60,531 bases of DNA from a virus (lineage: Duplodnaviria; Caudoviricetes). The translations under genes and the position numbers were made by a program. The stretch covers positions 1 to 60,531 of the IMG/VR virus record IMGVR_UViG_3300044457_000011; one strand, written 5' to 3'. Positions within the stretch are counted from its first letter, which is position 1. Every line of letters begins with the position of its first letter. The notes under the pieces are model-generated. The model was not told the DNA's origin. It searched no databases and worked only from the letters and a program-made list of their open reading frames with translations. Of the stretch, positions 17,047-25,920 are shown one piece after another.

Positions 17047-17051
17047 GGTTC

Positions 17052-17085
17052 GGACATATGCCGCGAAAGTCTAGAGTGTCTCGAT
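17052..17085 (+). repeat. Dispersed 34-bp motif, copy D
   Basis: GGACATATGCCGCGAAAGTCTAGAGTGTCTCGAT. Confidence 0.9.
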
Positions 17086-17102
17086 TCCATACAATCAACG
17101 GG

Positions 17103-17693
17103 CTAGAGTCGAGTACTTCCCTTCCTTCGACTAGATTTGGCATGGGGAAGTAGGCGACACTCCCATGCTTCTTCCTTCATGGTTTGGCCAGCGGCCCAGT
17201 TTGGCCGTGGAGATCCGCTAATTACCCAACCAGGGCAAACTCCAATTCCGTTCGCACGTAGCTCCTTCTCATCATGGCTTACGAACCTCCGTAGCCGGGC
17301 GTCCTCTTGAAAGCCTTGTCCGTGCCGGAACACAAGAACGCTGATAATCCAGACGAGGCCGAAATTACGCGCGTAGTCGGTGGAGATCGAGTAACCGCAC
17401 ACTTCACCTCTCCATAGGCTGAGCAGGTCTTTAGTGTTGGGAAATACATCGACCATGAATCCATACCCGGGCAGTTCTCGCTCTCCGTGCCAGATCGCCG
17501 TCTTTCCGCAGGCAGTCTGGTAGAAGCGGCTTAGTTCGGCGGCCGGCAGCGGCTTTGGGACGTAGTAATAGCAACCCGGCCCGTCCGCGATAGTAGGCTC
17601 AATTAAGGCCATTCGAGTGTCCCTCACATTCGATTGGTTTGGGCCCGGTCGATTCCAGCCGGCCGGGCCACACCCAGGATAGTGGTTCGGCAT
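17103..17693 (-). CDS. Hypothetical protein (alternative start 17612)
   Basis: The only long ORF between motif copies D and E; no motif recognised. Confidence 0.6.
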   Translation of the reverse strand: MPNHYPGCGPAGWNRPGPNQSNVRDTRMALIEPTIADGPGCYYYVPKPLPAAELSRFYQTACGKTAIWHGERELPGYGFMVDVFPNTKDLLSLWRGEVCGYSISTDYARNFGLVWIISVLVFRHGQGFQEDARLRRFVSHDEKELRANGIGVCPGWVISGSPRPNWAAGQTMKEEAWECRLLPHAKSSRRKGSTRL

Positions 17694-17718
17694 AGGGACG
17701 GCAATAGGGTCCAGATCT

Positions 17719-17752
17719 GGACTTATGCCGCGAAAGTCCAGTCTGTCTAAAT
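17719..17752 (+). repeat. Dispersed 34-bp motif, copy E
   Basis: GGACTTATGCCGCGAAAGTCCAGTCTGTCTAAAT. Confidence 0.9.
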
Positions 17753-17795
17753 TCCACGTCCAGAAGAAAAGGGTCTTTCCTTTGTTTGGAGTATC

Positions 17796-18695
17796 GTGGC
17801 GGATATGTCAACCGGCCCGTCGAAAACGTTGTGCTGGACCTGTGGCGGCATTGGGACCATCGCCGGCAGCGTAAATTCAAGCCTTGATCTGCCGCCGGAA
17901 CAATTTCACGCAGAGTTAGAGGCGGCGAGGAAGCCCTGTCCGGAGTGCGGCGGGTCATCGGCCGCTTTACTGCCAGATAGTGCCTGCAAACTCTGCAAGG
18001 GAACCGGCTGGCTCACGGCCGAACGCCGCGGCTTTACCGGGTCACAACTGTGTGAGTGTCAGTTTCCGAAATTCCGGAAGGAGAATCTCGGAGCAGCCAA
18101 TATCCCGCCTCTTTACGAGCGCGCTTCCTTCGACAGTTTCAAGACCAGTGGGCTCCAGTCGCTGTCGAACGTATTTTTTTTGGTCAAAGAATACGCGGAG
18201 AGTTACCTTCAACTGCCTGACCGGCCTGGCCTTTTGTTGATGGGTCAATGCGGTACCGGAAAGACTCATTTAGCTGTCAGTGCACTTAAGCGGATGATTC
18301 AGATGGGCGCTTCCGGCATGTTCGTGGACTATCACGAGCTACTGGACGACATCATGCAAAGTTTCAAATCGGACTCGGGAGAAAGCGACCAAGACATCTA
18401 TTCGAGGGCTAAAAATGCGGAAGTTCTCGTTCTCGATGACCTCGGATCGAACAGGTCGACCGAATGGATCGTGGATTCGGTAACCAGCCTCTTGACCTAC
18501 CGCTGTAATCACCGCTTGATTACAATCGCCACCACCAATTGCCTTCAGGCGCCGCCCATTGACGCCCCGAAAGACAGGACCATTGTGGACTACATAGGCG
18601 ACCGCGGCTGGTCGCGTATCAAGGAAATGTGCACGATTGTAGACGTTCCTTACGACGTGGCCGACTACCGCTGCCGCTCCGTTAAGTTCAGGTGA
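17796..18695 (+). CDS. DnaC/IstB-like AAA+ ATPase (helicase loader) with N-terminal Zn motifs
   Basis: Walker A GQCGTGKT, Walker B VLVLDDLG, TTN, RGWSRIKEMC; three CxxC and one CxC. Confidence 0.92.
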   Translation: MADMSTGPSKTLCWTCGGIGTIAGSVNSSLDLPPEQFHAELEAARKPCPECGGSSAALLPDSACKLCKGTGWLTAERRGFTGSQLCECQFPKFRKENLGAANIPPLYERASFDSFKTSGLQSLSNVFFLVKEYAESYLQLPDRPGLLLMGQCGTGKTHLAVSALKRMIQMGASGMFVDYHELLDDIMQSFKSDSGESDQDIYSRAKNAEVLVLDDLGSNRSTEWIVDSVTSLLTYRCNHRLITIATTNCLQAPPIDAPKDRTIVDYIGDRGWSRIKEMCTIVDVPYDVADYRCRSVKFR

Positions 18696-18698
18696 TAT

Positions 18699-18732
18699 GG
18701 ACATTTGCCGCGCGAGTCCAGACAGTCCCGAT
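18699..18732 (+). repeat. Dispersed 34-bp motif, copy F
   Basis: GGACATTTGCCGCGCGAGTCCAGACAGTCCCGAT fills the gap between two convergent stop codons. Confidence 0.9.
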
Positions 18733-19181
18733 TAGCCTGGATTCAACCGCTTACGGGCGGTACTTACCTTTTTCCCCCTCGATTTGAGGGCCGGCGGCCG
18801 CTCCTGCAGCGGGTAGAACCAATGCACGATTTGGCCTTCGAACGGCAACGTGTTGTTCTCGAGCCAGAAGTCGTACATCTCGCGAATGTGGCTGAAGCCG
18901 TCGGCGCGGGCGAGTTGGTCGGCTTCGCTGTCGTCCAGCCGGCGGCCGTCGATGGCGATCGCCAGGCGGAACGGCGCCGTGTCCAAGTCGATCGCGACGT
19001 CCTCGACGCTCCGGGCGGTCGTGTAGCCGATGAACCGGCGTCCCTTCGTTCGCATCGAGACCCACAAAAACAGCGCATCGCCGGCGCGGAATCGCCGTTT
19101 CCGGTTGCCACGGATAGTGTGACGCTTGGTTCCGGCGTGAACCGGTTGCTCAAAACGCGGTTTGAAGCTCAGTCCTGGCAT
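18732..19181 (-). CDS. ASCH/PUA-like domain protein
   Basis: LSFKPRF...GTKRHTIR...GD.L...ARADGF, the ASCH GxKxxTxR motif. Confidence 0.85.
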   Translation of the reverse strand: MPGLSFKPRFEQPVHAGTKRHTIRGNRKRRFRAGDALFLWVSMRTKGRRFIGYTTARSVEDVAIDLDTAPFRLAIAIDGRRLDDSEADQLARADGFSHIREMYDFWLENNTLPFEGQIVHWFYPLQERPPALKSRGKKVSTARKRLNPG

Positions 19182-19365
19182 CTCACCAGCTTAGACGTTC
19201 GAATTGCGCCAGTACTTCGGGAATGCTGGGCGCTCCGGCTTATGTTGTGGGCGTCGCTTGCCATCAGTTAGGAGGCAGGCTTAGGATCCCAATCCTCCGC
19301 TGAACGACGCCCTCAACAACATTTCCATTTAACCACAGACCCCGAGAATACTGCTCGAAATCTTG

Positions 19366-20361
19366 CTAACCGAGTGCCTTCTGCAGCGGGTTATGCTTCC
19401 AAATCGTAGCGGGCCGGACATACCGTGCGACGCTCGCTAAGCTCTTGTGACCGCTCAGCTTCATGATGACGCTCTCGGCCGTGCCGCCTTCGATGGCGGC
19501 CGTGATACACCCGGAGCGGAGCGAGTGCGGCGCGTAGCGGGTGGCATCCAGGCCGATCGATTCCGCCGCGTTTTTGACTACTTTCCAGATGCTGCGGTCG
19601 CCGAGACGTTTTCGAGCCTTGGTTTTGGTGGCGTTGGGGCTCAGGTTTGTGAAGAGTGGCCCATTTTTATGCCCCCTGATTGCCATCCACTTCTCCAGCG
19701 CCGCCACCGGACAAGAGCTCGCCTTGGAGCTCCGAAATACGCCGATTATCCGTCCTTTGCCTTCCTGGTCGGTCTTGCTCCTTCCGATTTGAACTCGCAC
19801 GCCTTTCGTCAGGATGTCGAGATCGTCAACGTCCAGGGCCGAGAGCTCTGACCTGCGCATTGCGGAGGCGAAACCGAACAGCAGGATAGCCTTATTACGG
19901 ACGCCAACATCGGTCTTTGGCTGCTTGGCGATCATAGCTCGGAGTTGTTCCGGAGTGATGGCGTCTTTTCCGGCCGCACGGGTTCCCTGCTCGCGTCGCG
20001 CGCCAGCCAGGATGTTAGATATCTGGCGGTCATCGGTAGGTGTCGCCAGCTGCTGCTCCAGATGTTTGTGCCGGATCGCCGCCACACGGCGCTCGGCCGT
20101 GCCAACGCGCATAGTTTCGAGCACCTCCGCCAGATAGAGCGCGACGGTGGCCGGTTTCGCCGGCAGTGACTCTCGCCCGGCGTCCGTGCACCAAGCGCTG
20201 AAGGACCGCCAGTCGCTATCGTAGGCGCGAATGGTCGCCTTGGCCCGGCGGCCCGCGGTAATGCGGTCGATGGCCTTAGACAATCGGCCCATATCGGGTC
20301 CGGTTTCGAAAAGCGATAGTTGCTCCGGCTCTGGGCCGTCAGCGGATGGTACCCATGGCAT
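19366..20361 (-). CDS. Tyrosine recombinase, Cre-like (core-binding and catalytic domains, no arm-binding domain)
   Basis: TIRAYDSDWRSFSAWC; catalytic R (MRRSEL), K (SKTDQ), HSLR, GH and Y (ARY). Confidence 0.95.
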   Translation of the reverse strand: MPWVPSADGPEPEQLSLFETGPDMGRLSKAIDRITAGRRAKATIRAYDSDWRSFSAWCTDAGRESLPAKPATVALYLAEVLETMRVGTAERRVAAIRHKHLEQQLATPTDDRQISNILAGARREQGTRAAGKDAITPEQLRAMIAKQPKTDVGVRNKAILLFGFASAMRRSELSALDVDDLDILTKGVRVQIGRSKTDQEGKGRIIGVFRSSKASSCPVAALEKWMAIRGHKNGPLFTNLSPNATKTKARKRLGDRSIWKVVKNAAESIGLDATRYAPHSLRSGCITAAIEGGTAESVIMKLSGHKSLASVARYVRPATIWKHNPLQKALG

Positions 20362-20525
20362 AGGTCACGGATCATCATCGCACAACTTGTCGAAACGGTT
20401 ACAACAACCTGCTAATATGACTTCTCAGAGCCATTGGTCGGGCGCGCCGCTATGTTACTTTCTAGGTTCCATGGCCGCCCGATTGGTCGCTAAACCCATG
20501 CCATGGGTACAACCTAGGAGTTCGC

Positions 20526-21737
20526 ATGAGCCGTTACGCGGAACCACCGCGCGTCAACAAAAACCCGCCCGAAGAGGCAAAATCCGGAACCTGTAATATA
20601 TGTTATCGGAACCCGCATATCGGCCAAATTGACCGGTTTCAGGCGGTCCGGGCTGTCGCTCGTGGATTGAACGAAGTGGAGCTCAAGGTCATCATAGAGC
20701 TCGCCGAGCTGGCGGTCAACAATCCGGATTTTTGTTGTTCGGTGAGCTCGCGCGAGCTTGCAAAAACAACGGGTTGTGCACGGTCAAGCGTTAAAGAGGC
20801 GCTCGAGGCTCTAATTGCGAAGTGCATTATTGCTAGTCGTACTGGGGGGCCAAAGTCGGCGACGGTGTACATGGCTAATTTCCTAAAGACGTTTATTTTC
20901 GCCTCGTATTCGGGTGGACCGGAATTCGGTCCACCCCCCATCAACGTAGACCTGAAGGTGGACCGGAATTCGGTCCACCCCCCCGTCCCACGCATACCCG
21001 AAGGTGGACCGGAATTCGGTCCAGGTGGGCCGGAATTCGGTCCACCCCTCAATCCGGAACCTATTGATTCTGCTCAATCTGGCACTTTGGCCAAAAACGT
21101 GCTTTTCGATCGATTAGAAGTATCTACTAATAGAGAAGTATTCGATCGAACGCGTGCGCGCGGGATTACTCCTGTGGAAAATCCGGTCCAAGACGCGCTT
21201 TTCGATGGTTCCGTCCGGCTTGTGGATGCCTTTAAAGATCGAGGAGCAGAAAACCCGATCGAATCCATGCTGAAAGCGAATCCGAAACGCTTCTCCCGCG
21301 CGGAGATAGATTTGGCGAAGCGGTGGATGTACAGCCTGGCCATGAAGCTGAGGAGAGAAAAACCCAAAGAAGCGCCGGACGACAAAATCGTCGCCCAGTT
21401 CCTGGGGATTGCTCCCTGGCCGCGGTTGCTCGCATTTTTGAACGACATCCAAATCGAACGGCTGGAGGTCGGGTATAGCTACGGCTGGTATCTGACGGTG
21501 GCTCTCCAAAGAATCTACGGGATCGAGTGGAGTCCGGCCCGCCAGCGGGCCGCTGAGCGGGAAGCGGCGCAACTGCGAGTCGTATCTCGACCGGAACCAC
21601 CGCCGCCGGCGCCCCCGGAGCCGTTAGTCCAGAGCGGGCTCGACTTCCCCGCCCCAGATATAGACCCGGCGGAAGGCCGGGATTTCGCGGCCGATCTGCT
21701 CGATAAGCTGAAACGGGCGAAATCCGGATTCAAATGA
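20526..21737 (+). CDS. Putative replication initiator (N-terminal wHTH, internal iterons)
   Basis: AGGAG RBS; SSRELAKTTGCARSSVKEALEAL HTH; central DNA repeats as in lambda O-type genes; DnaC-like gene nearby. Confidence 0.75.
   Translation: MSRYAEPPRVNKNPPEEAKSGTCNICYRNPHIGQIDRFQAVRAVARGLNEVELKVIIELAELAVNNPDFCCSVSSRELAKTTGCARSSVKEALEALIAKCIIASRTGGPKSATVYMANFLKTFIFASYSGGPEFGPPPINVDLKVDRNSVHPPVPRIPEGGPEFGPGGPEFGPPLNPEPIDSAQSGTLAKNVLFDRLEVSTNREVFDRTRARGITPVENPVQDALFDGSVRLVDAFKDRGAENPIESMLKANPKRFSRAEIDLAKRWMYSLAMKLRREKPKEAPDDKIVAQFLGIAPWPRLLAFLNDIQIERLEVGYSYGWYLTVALQRIYGIEWSPARQRAAEREAAQLRVVSRPEPPPPAPPEPLVQSGLDFPAPDIDPAEGRDFAADLLDKLKRAKSGFK
20912..21046. repeat. Four palindromic iteron-like repeats (putative replication origin)
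   Basis: GGTGG(A/G)CCGGAATTCGGTCCA(CC) at 20913, 20957, 21003 and 21024. Confidence 0.85.
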
Positions 21738-21803
21738 GTTCGTGGCGCGAATAATCCTAAACGACCATGCATTTGGATGCTAAAGTGCTAAGACTTTCCA
21801 AAA

Positions 21804-22142
21804 ATGCTCCAACTTCGACAGATTGATGCGCTGCTGGCGGTGCGCGCTGTCTCTCGTTTCCTAAACGAGCAGGAGTTACGGGTGTTGATTGAGTTGTCGT
21901 GGCGCGCCTACGCGGATCCCGAATTTTATTGCGAGGTAGACCAGGAAGACCTTGCTTTTTCAACAGGTTGCAGTGAGGAGACGGTGCAGCGAGCGATTAT
22001 GCTACTGGCGACGAAGCGTCTACTCGTCCCGTACTCGGGAATGTTCAGAGAGGATCTCTCGTTCCACCTCATTTTTCTGCGCGAGTATGCTTTCACCTGC
22101 AGTCTTTCTGGATGCGCGTGCGAGTCACTTCGTCCCAGCTGA
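21804..22142 (+). CDS. Stand-alone wHTH paralogue of the initiator N-terminus
   Basis: QIDALLAVRAVSRFLNEQELRVLIEL...PEFYCEV aligns with QIDRFQAVRAVARGLNEVELKVIIEL...PDFCCSV. Confidence 0.75.
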   Translation: MLQLRQIDALLAVRAVSRFLNEQELRVLIELSWRAYADPEFYCEVDQEDLAFSTGCSEETVQRAIMLLATKRLLVPYSGMFREDLSFHLIFLREYAFTCSLSGCACESLRPS

Positions 22143-22161
22143 ACTTGACGCCGCCGGGACG

Positions 22162-22614
22162 TTAGCTTGGCTCGGACATGGAGAAGCCAGCGATTTTGCC
22201 CTCGCCTAGCGTCGGAGGACTAGGAAGCTTAGGGTTCGCCGGTTTTCTTGTTCGCTTCGGGCTCTGTCGCTTCTTCTGCGGGCGGGTTCCTTTTTCCTTC
22301 GGTCGGCTTCTCTTCGTCTTCGGTGTCGGCCCTTTGACATCAGAGATGTCTTTAGCTGGTGCGCCATCGATCACGACCAGCCACTCTAATGGAAACCATT
22401 GCGGGTCACCTGGCGGAAGGGGTACCTTCGCTTTGCGACGTTGTAGACGAATTACGTTGTCGACGATCCCTTCGACCCGTTCCTCTGTCCCCTCTGGCAA
22501 GAGAACAATTGCATATTTGCTGGTGGGTTGAACCTCATGAACTGAGCCGACAAGCCCGTTGTAAACGCTGGCATTGCAATCAATCCGAACGGTGGAGTTA
22601 GCAGTAATTTCCAT
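22162..22614 (-). CDS. Hypothetical protein, SH3/KOW-like N-terminus and basic tail
   Basis: AAGGA upstream of ATG 22614; TVRI...YNGLVGSV...AIV. Confidence 0.55.
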   Translation of the reverse strand: MEITANSTVRIDCNASVYNGLVGSVHEVQPTSKYAIVLLPEGTEERVEGIVDNVIRLQRRKAKVPLPPGDPQWFPLEWLVVIDGAPAKDISDVKGPTPKTKRSRPKEKGTRPQKKRQSPKRTRKPANPKLPSPPTLGEGKIAGFSMSEPS

Positions 22615-22646
22615 GTGAATATTCCTTGGAAGGGTGCAGCGCCTGG

Positions 22647-23309
22647 CTAGAGCAGAGCCTGACAAAACGTTTCCTCGCTGATGATTGAGATCGGCTTTGA
22701 TTTTTGGAGCTCCATAGCGAGCTCGATCTTTCTTCCCCACGGCGAATGAATCCAATCGCGCGATCCCATCGATCCGATCACTAGGTAATCGACGCGGCGC
22801 GTGATGGTGTTCTCGCAGATCCCGCCCCTGAGCATCGTTTGCTTGAAGCAGTCGTTTCGAGTCCCGCTTGCGAACTTGCCGGTGAAAACGAAAACTTTCT
22901 GATAGAAAACGACCTTGGGCGCGGGTCTAGACAGCGGCAGTGCGGTCGATGGAATGCATCCAACCTGGGCCGGCGGCGTTCTCGCTTCACCCACCTCGCC
23001 TACTAAATCGGTCAGCAGGAACCGAAGGTTATCGAGCTCCTGCGGCGTAACGATCCCATCTTCGTAGATATGAGCCAATAGGCCGACGATTGGACCAATC
23101 GGCCACGTCCCCGTCTCATCGCCGTTGGCGGTGCACCAGTTGGCCAGTACTTCACATTCCGCTTTGCAGACTAAACCGTCGGCTAGTATTCCCTTGACCA
23201 AACCGACAAGTTCATCTAAATTGCGCCCTTCCCGGCGCTTTTTATTAAAGTAAAAATTCAGCGGTTGTCCATCAGCGCCCAGCTGAATGTTATTTTCTAG
23301 ATTTTGCAT
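22647..23309 (-). CDS. BRCT-domain protein with helical N-terminal domain
   Basis: FVFTGKF...R...RGG...VDYLVIG...WG.KIELA is a ligase-type BRCT pattern; N-terminal LVGLVKGILADG. Confidence 0.88.
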   Translation of the reverse strand: MQNLENNIQLGADGQPLNFYFNKKRREGRNLDELVGLVKGILADGLVCKAECEVLANWCTANGDETGTWPIGPIVGLLAHIYEDGIVTPQELDNLRFLLTDLVGEVGEARTPPAQVGCIPSTALPLSRPAPKVVFYQKVFVFTGKFASGTRNDCFKQTMLRGGICENTITRRVDYLVIGSMGSRDWIHSPWGRKIELAMELQKSKPISIISEETFCQALL

Positions 23310-23812
23310 TTCCTGCCCTTCAAACTGATCTGGGTGCCGACTTGTCTTCCCTCAAGCGCGATTTGCTGTTCGCCCGGTACGGCTGCAGCGCATGTATGGT
23401 TTCCCTCACGGCTGTTTCCGGAGATTTCGGTACGCCTGACTCATCCATCGGCAGAATAGTTGTAAAGCTGTAGTGCTAAGCCCGCAGCCGACGCGGTGAA
23501 TTTTGCCCGGATTCGGCCCTCAGCGCGTTTCCAGGCGATCAGATGGCCTCGTTTACCCATCCGCGTCGTTTGGGCGCGTCCCGGGCCGTTTCTCGGCGAG
23601 TACAAGCTCTAACATGCAGGCGGTTTGTTAAAGCTTCACTTTTACCGCCGAATAAGCGAGTGGCAGCTGCAATTGCGACCCGACGAAGGTACAGCGGCCG
23701 TCGGCGGGCGGGCAGAAGTGTCGGATTTTGGCAAGACGCTGGGCGTGGCTTCCTATTTGGTGACACAACCCTGACACATCGCGAATATTTCGGCTGGCGC
23801 TTCGTTTGTGAC

Positions 23813-24241
23813 CTAATCAGCCGGCTGGAGGGCCGCTCGGACTTCATCCAAGTCCACTGCCACGATCGCGCCGGCGGTGGCTAACACCCTGGCGGTAAGT
23901 GCGCGTTGTCCGCGGCAGATTTCGATGTGGTTCTCAGCCGTTAGGATTGCCACCGGCGCCGTGCCGCCACGCATCACCTCCTGCAGCCGCTTCCCAGTTG
24001 AAGGGACCGAGCCGCGGAGCGCTTGGCGCAGGCGTGGAGTGGTCACCGCCTTCCGGGCGAACAGGGCAATCATGCCCACGACGGCCGCTTGGTCGGAGGA
24101 ATACACGCGATCGTGGCCGACGATTTCCGGCCGGACCAGGTCGGTCTCTGCCCAATACTGCAGTTGCCGGCTCGTTACCCGAAACATGCGGCCGAGTTCA
24201 ACGGAGCCGAACTGGCTATCCTGCTTTTGTCCGCGTGGCAT
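23813..24241 (-). CDS. MerR-family HTH regulator
   Basis: ELGRMFRVTSRQLQYWAETDLVRP...HDRVYS. Confidence 0.8.
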   Translation of the reverse strand: MPRGQKQDSQFGSVELGRMFRVTSRQLQYWAETDLVRPEIVGHDRVYSSDQAAVVGMIALFARKAVTTPRLRQALRGSVPSTGKRLQEVMRGGTAPVAILTAENHIEICRGQRALTARVLATAGAIVAVDLDEVRAALQPAD

Positions 24242-24267
24242 CAACCCAATTTGCCACAAGCGCCCGG

Positions 24268-24516
24268 CTATTTGCCTGTGGAAAACTTACCTCGGCACCG
24301 ACCGAGGTGAACCTTGCCGTCGCTCGTATACGGAGCCATGGCGCCTGTTGCTGAGTGCCGGATCCAGTAGATCGTTTCGTTGCACGGTAAGGGACATCGG
24401 TCGACACGCCCTATTCGCCGGATCAAATCCTGGACGAAAATACGCCACCCTTCTGAACACGTCACGAGGGGAGGATGGGGATTTCCACAGTCTAGGCATT
24501 CGGGTTCTTTGGCCAT
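24268..24516 (-). CDS. Small Cys/His-rich hypothetical protein
   Basis: CLDC..H...C and CPLPC...IYW...H..C; overlaps the upstream gene. Confidence 0.6.
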   Translation of the reverse strand: MAKEPECLDCGNPHPPLVTCSEGWRIFVQDLIRRIGRVDRCPLPCNETIYWIRHSATGAMAPYTSDGKVHLGRCRGKFSTGK

Positions 24517-24938
24517 AGCAACGTGATTCGATGTTCGGGTGTTTGCCCTTGTCGAACCTCTCTCGCTTTCTCTACCAGCCAGGGACCATTGTTCACTCGC
24601 ACGGCGTCATCTCTGAGGACTTTTGCTTTGACGAGGGCATCGAGCAATGTTGTGATGACGCCGTCGCGATCTTGCGCGTCGGTCATATGAAGCGACCAGA
24701 TGATTGTTGGGTGCTCGACGGGGTGGTTGAGAGACCATTGCAACTCAAGAATCGAGACGACCGCCTTGATTTGAGCTTTGCAATTTGCCTTGTACACGAG
24801 CGGCGTTTTGCTCCCGGCGCTCGAAGGTCGCATCAAGTTCTTCTTACTCGGCGTGAGCAGCGGAACGGTCAACTCGCAGCAAAGCCAATCCTCGCCAGGC
24901 AGAACCGCCGTCCGGAGTTCCACCGGCCCGACGGTCAT
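24492..24938 (-). CDS. RusA-like Holliday junction resolvase
   Basis: PSKKN...DRDG...LLDAL...VLRDD matches the RusA acidic residue layout. Confidence 0.7.
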   Translation of the reverse strand: MTVGPVELRTAVLPGEDWLCCELTVPLLTPSKKNLMRPSSAGSKTPLVYKANCKAQIKAVVSILELQWSLNHPVEHPTIIWSLHMTDAQDRDGVITTLLDALVKAKVLRDDAVRVNNGPWLVEKAREVRQGQTPEHRITLLWPKNPNA

Positions 24939-24958
24939 GGGAATCTGTTTCTTGAGGA

Positions 24959-25915
24959 TCAGTGGACTTGCTCCCGGTTCTTCGGACCGCGGCGGCCGGC
25001 GCCACGTTTTGCGGGCGGTAGTCCGGAGGCGAGTTCCTCATCCCGTGGAGGAGGCGGCGGCATGACGGTGACCTTGGGCGCTCCGTTGGACACCGGCGAT
25101 CCGTCCGGTTCCTTCCGGAGTCCGGGCGCGTAGGTGAGCAGCCAGTCCATCAGCTTGGCCGAAGCCTGCAGCATCGGGACGCTGTACCCAGGCTCCTGAT
25201 CCTTGAGGATCGTGATCAGCAGGCTCCCGGCCGCTTCGATCGCCAGCATGCGCTCGGTCACCCACGAACTGCCGTTGGTGTCCACAATCATGGCCGCGGC
25301 CGGCGGCATACCGGGTCCGGTCCAGGTGAGCGACCAGCCGTAGTACCAGCGCCCTGTCTCCTGATTGTGGTGCAGCTGGACCGACGCGCGGAGCTCGCCC
25401 TTGCGTCCGACCTCGGAGTGGAAGTCGAGCGTCGCCAACTTGGCCGGTTCCGCCGGCGTTCCGTCGTTCCCGTCAAATAGACTCCCTTGGGCGTCGGTGA
25501 CGGTAATGTCGATTTCACTCTTCTTTATGAGGAGGAGTTGCCGCAGGACCTCGAGCACGCCATCGTCATCCGTTTTGGGCAGGTGGACGCGCATTGACAT
25601 CATGACGTCCTCTTTATCCTTCGTCACGCGAATGTGAGCGACCTTGGCGGCCTTGAAGCTCATGTTTCCCTGCCCGCTTCGGGTCAGGAAAGCGACCTCG
25701 GGTCCGGATAGCTCTCCGTCCGCGACAACGGTTCCAGAGAAGGGGTTGAGGTTGCCGTGGTCGTCAAACAGCCATCCAAGGCCGACGATGTCGGCCTTAT
25801 CGGCGTTGCAGATGGCCTCGGCCAGGAGTACGACCGTCACACCGTCATTGGTATTTGTGAGGTCGATCTTTTCCACCCGGCCGCTCTCTAGGGCCAGTGG
25901 CTTAAGGAGGTGCAT
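24959..25915 (-). CDS. Hypothetical protein
   Basis: 318 aa; AAGG upstream; part of the leftward operon. Confidence 0.75.
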   Translation of the reverse strand: MHLLKPLALESGRVEKIDLTNTNDGVTVVLLAEAICNADKADIVGLGWLFDDHGNLNPFSGTVVADGELSGPEVAFLTRSGQGNMSFKAAKVAHIRVTKDKEDVMMSMRVHLPKTDDDGVLEVLRQLLLIKKSEIDITVTDAQGSLFDGNDGTPAEPAKLATLDFHSEVGRKGELRASVQLHHNQETGRWYYGWSLTWTGPGMPPAAAMIVDTNGSSWVTERMLAIEAAGSLLITILKDQEPGYSVPMLQASAKLMDWLLTYAPGLRKEPDGSPVSNGAPKVTVMPPPPPRDEELASGLPPAKRGAGRRGPKNREQVH

Positions 25916-25920
25916 GTTCG

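Noticed and set aside
17796-18695. IS21 element (istB)
   Set aside because: No IstA transposase or terminal inverted repeats; the Zn motifs and context fit a phage helicase loader.
13996-20361. Classical integron
   Set aside because: No GTTRRRY/RYYYAAC attC cores, genes between the copies have mixed orientation, and the recombinase looks Cre-like rather than IntI-like.
22647-23309. NAD-dependent DNA ligase
   Set aside because: Only the BRCT domain is present; no adenylation or OB domain.
23310-23812. ORFs 23539-23847 and 23543-23884
   Set aside because: Mutually overlapping, Arg-rich, no RBS or motif; left uncalled.
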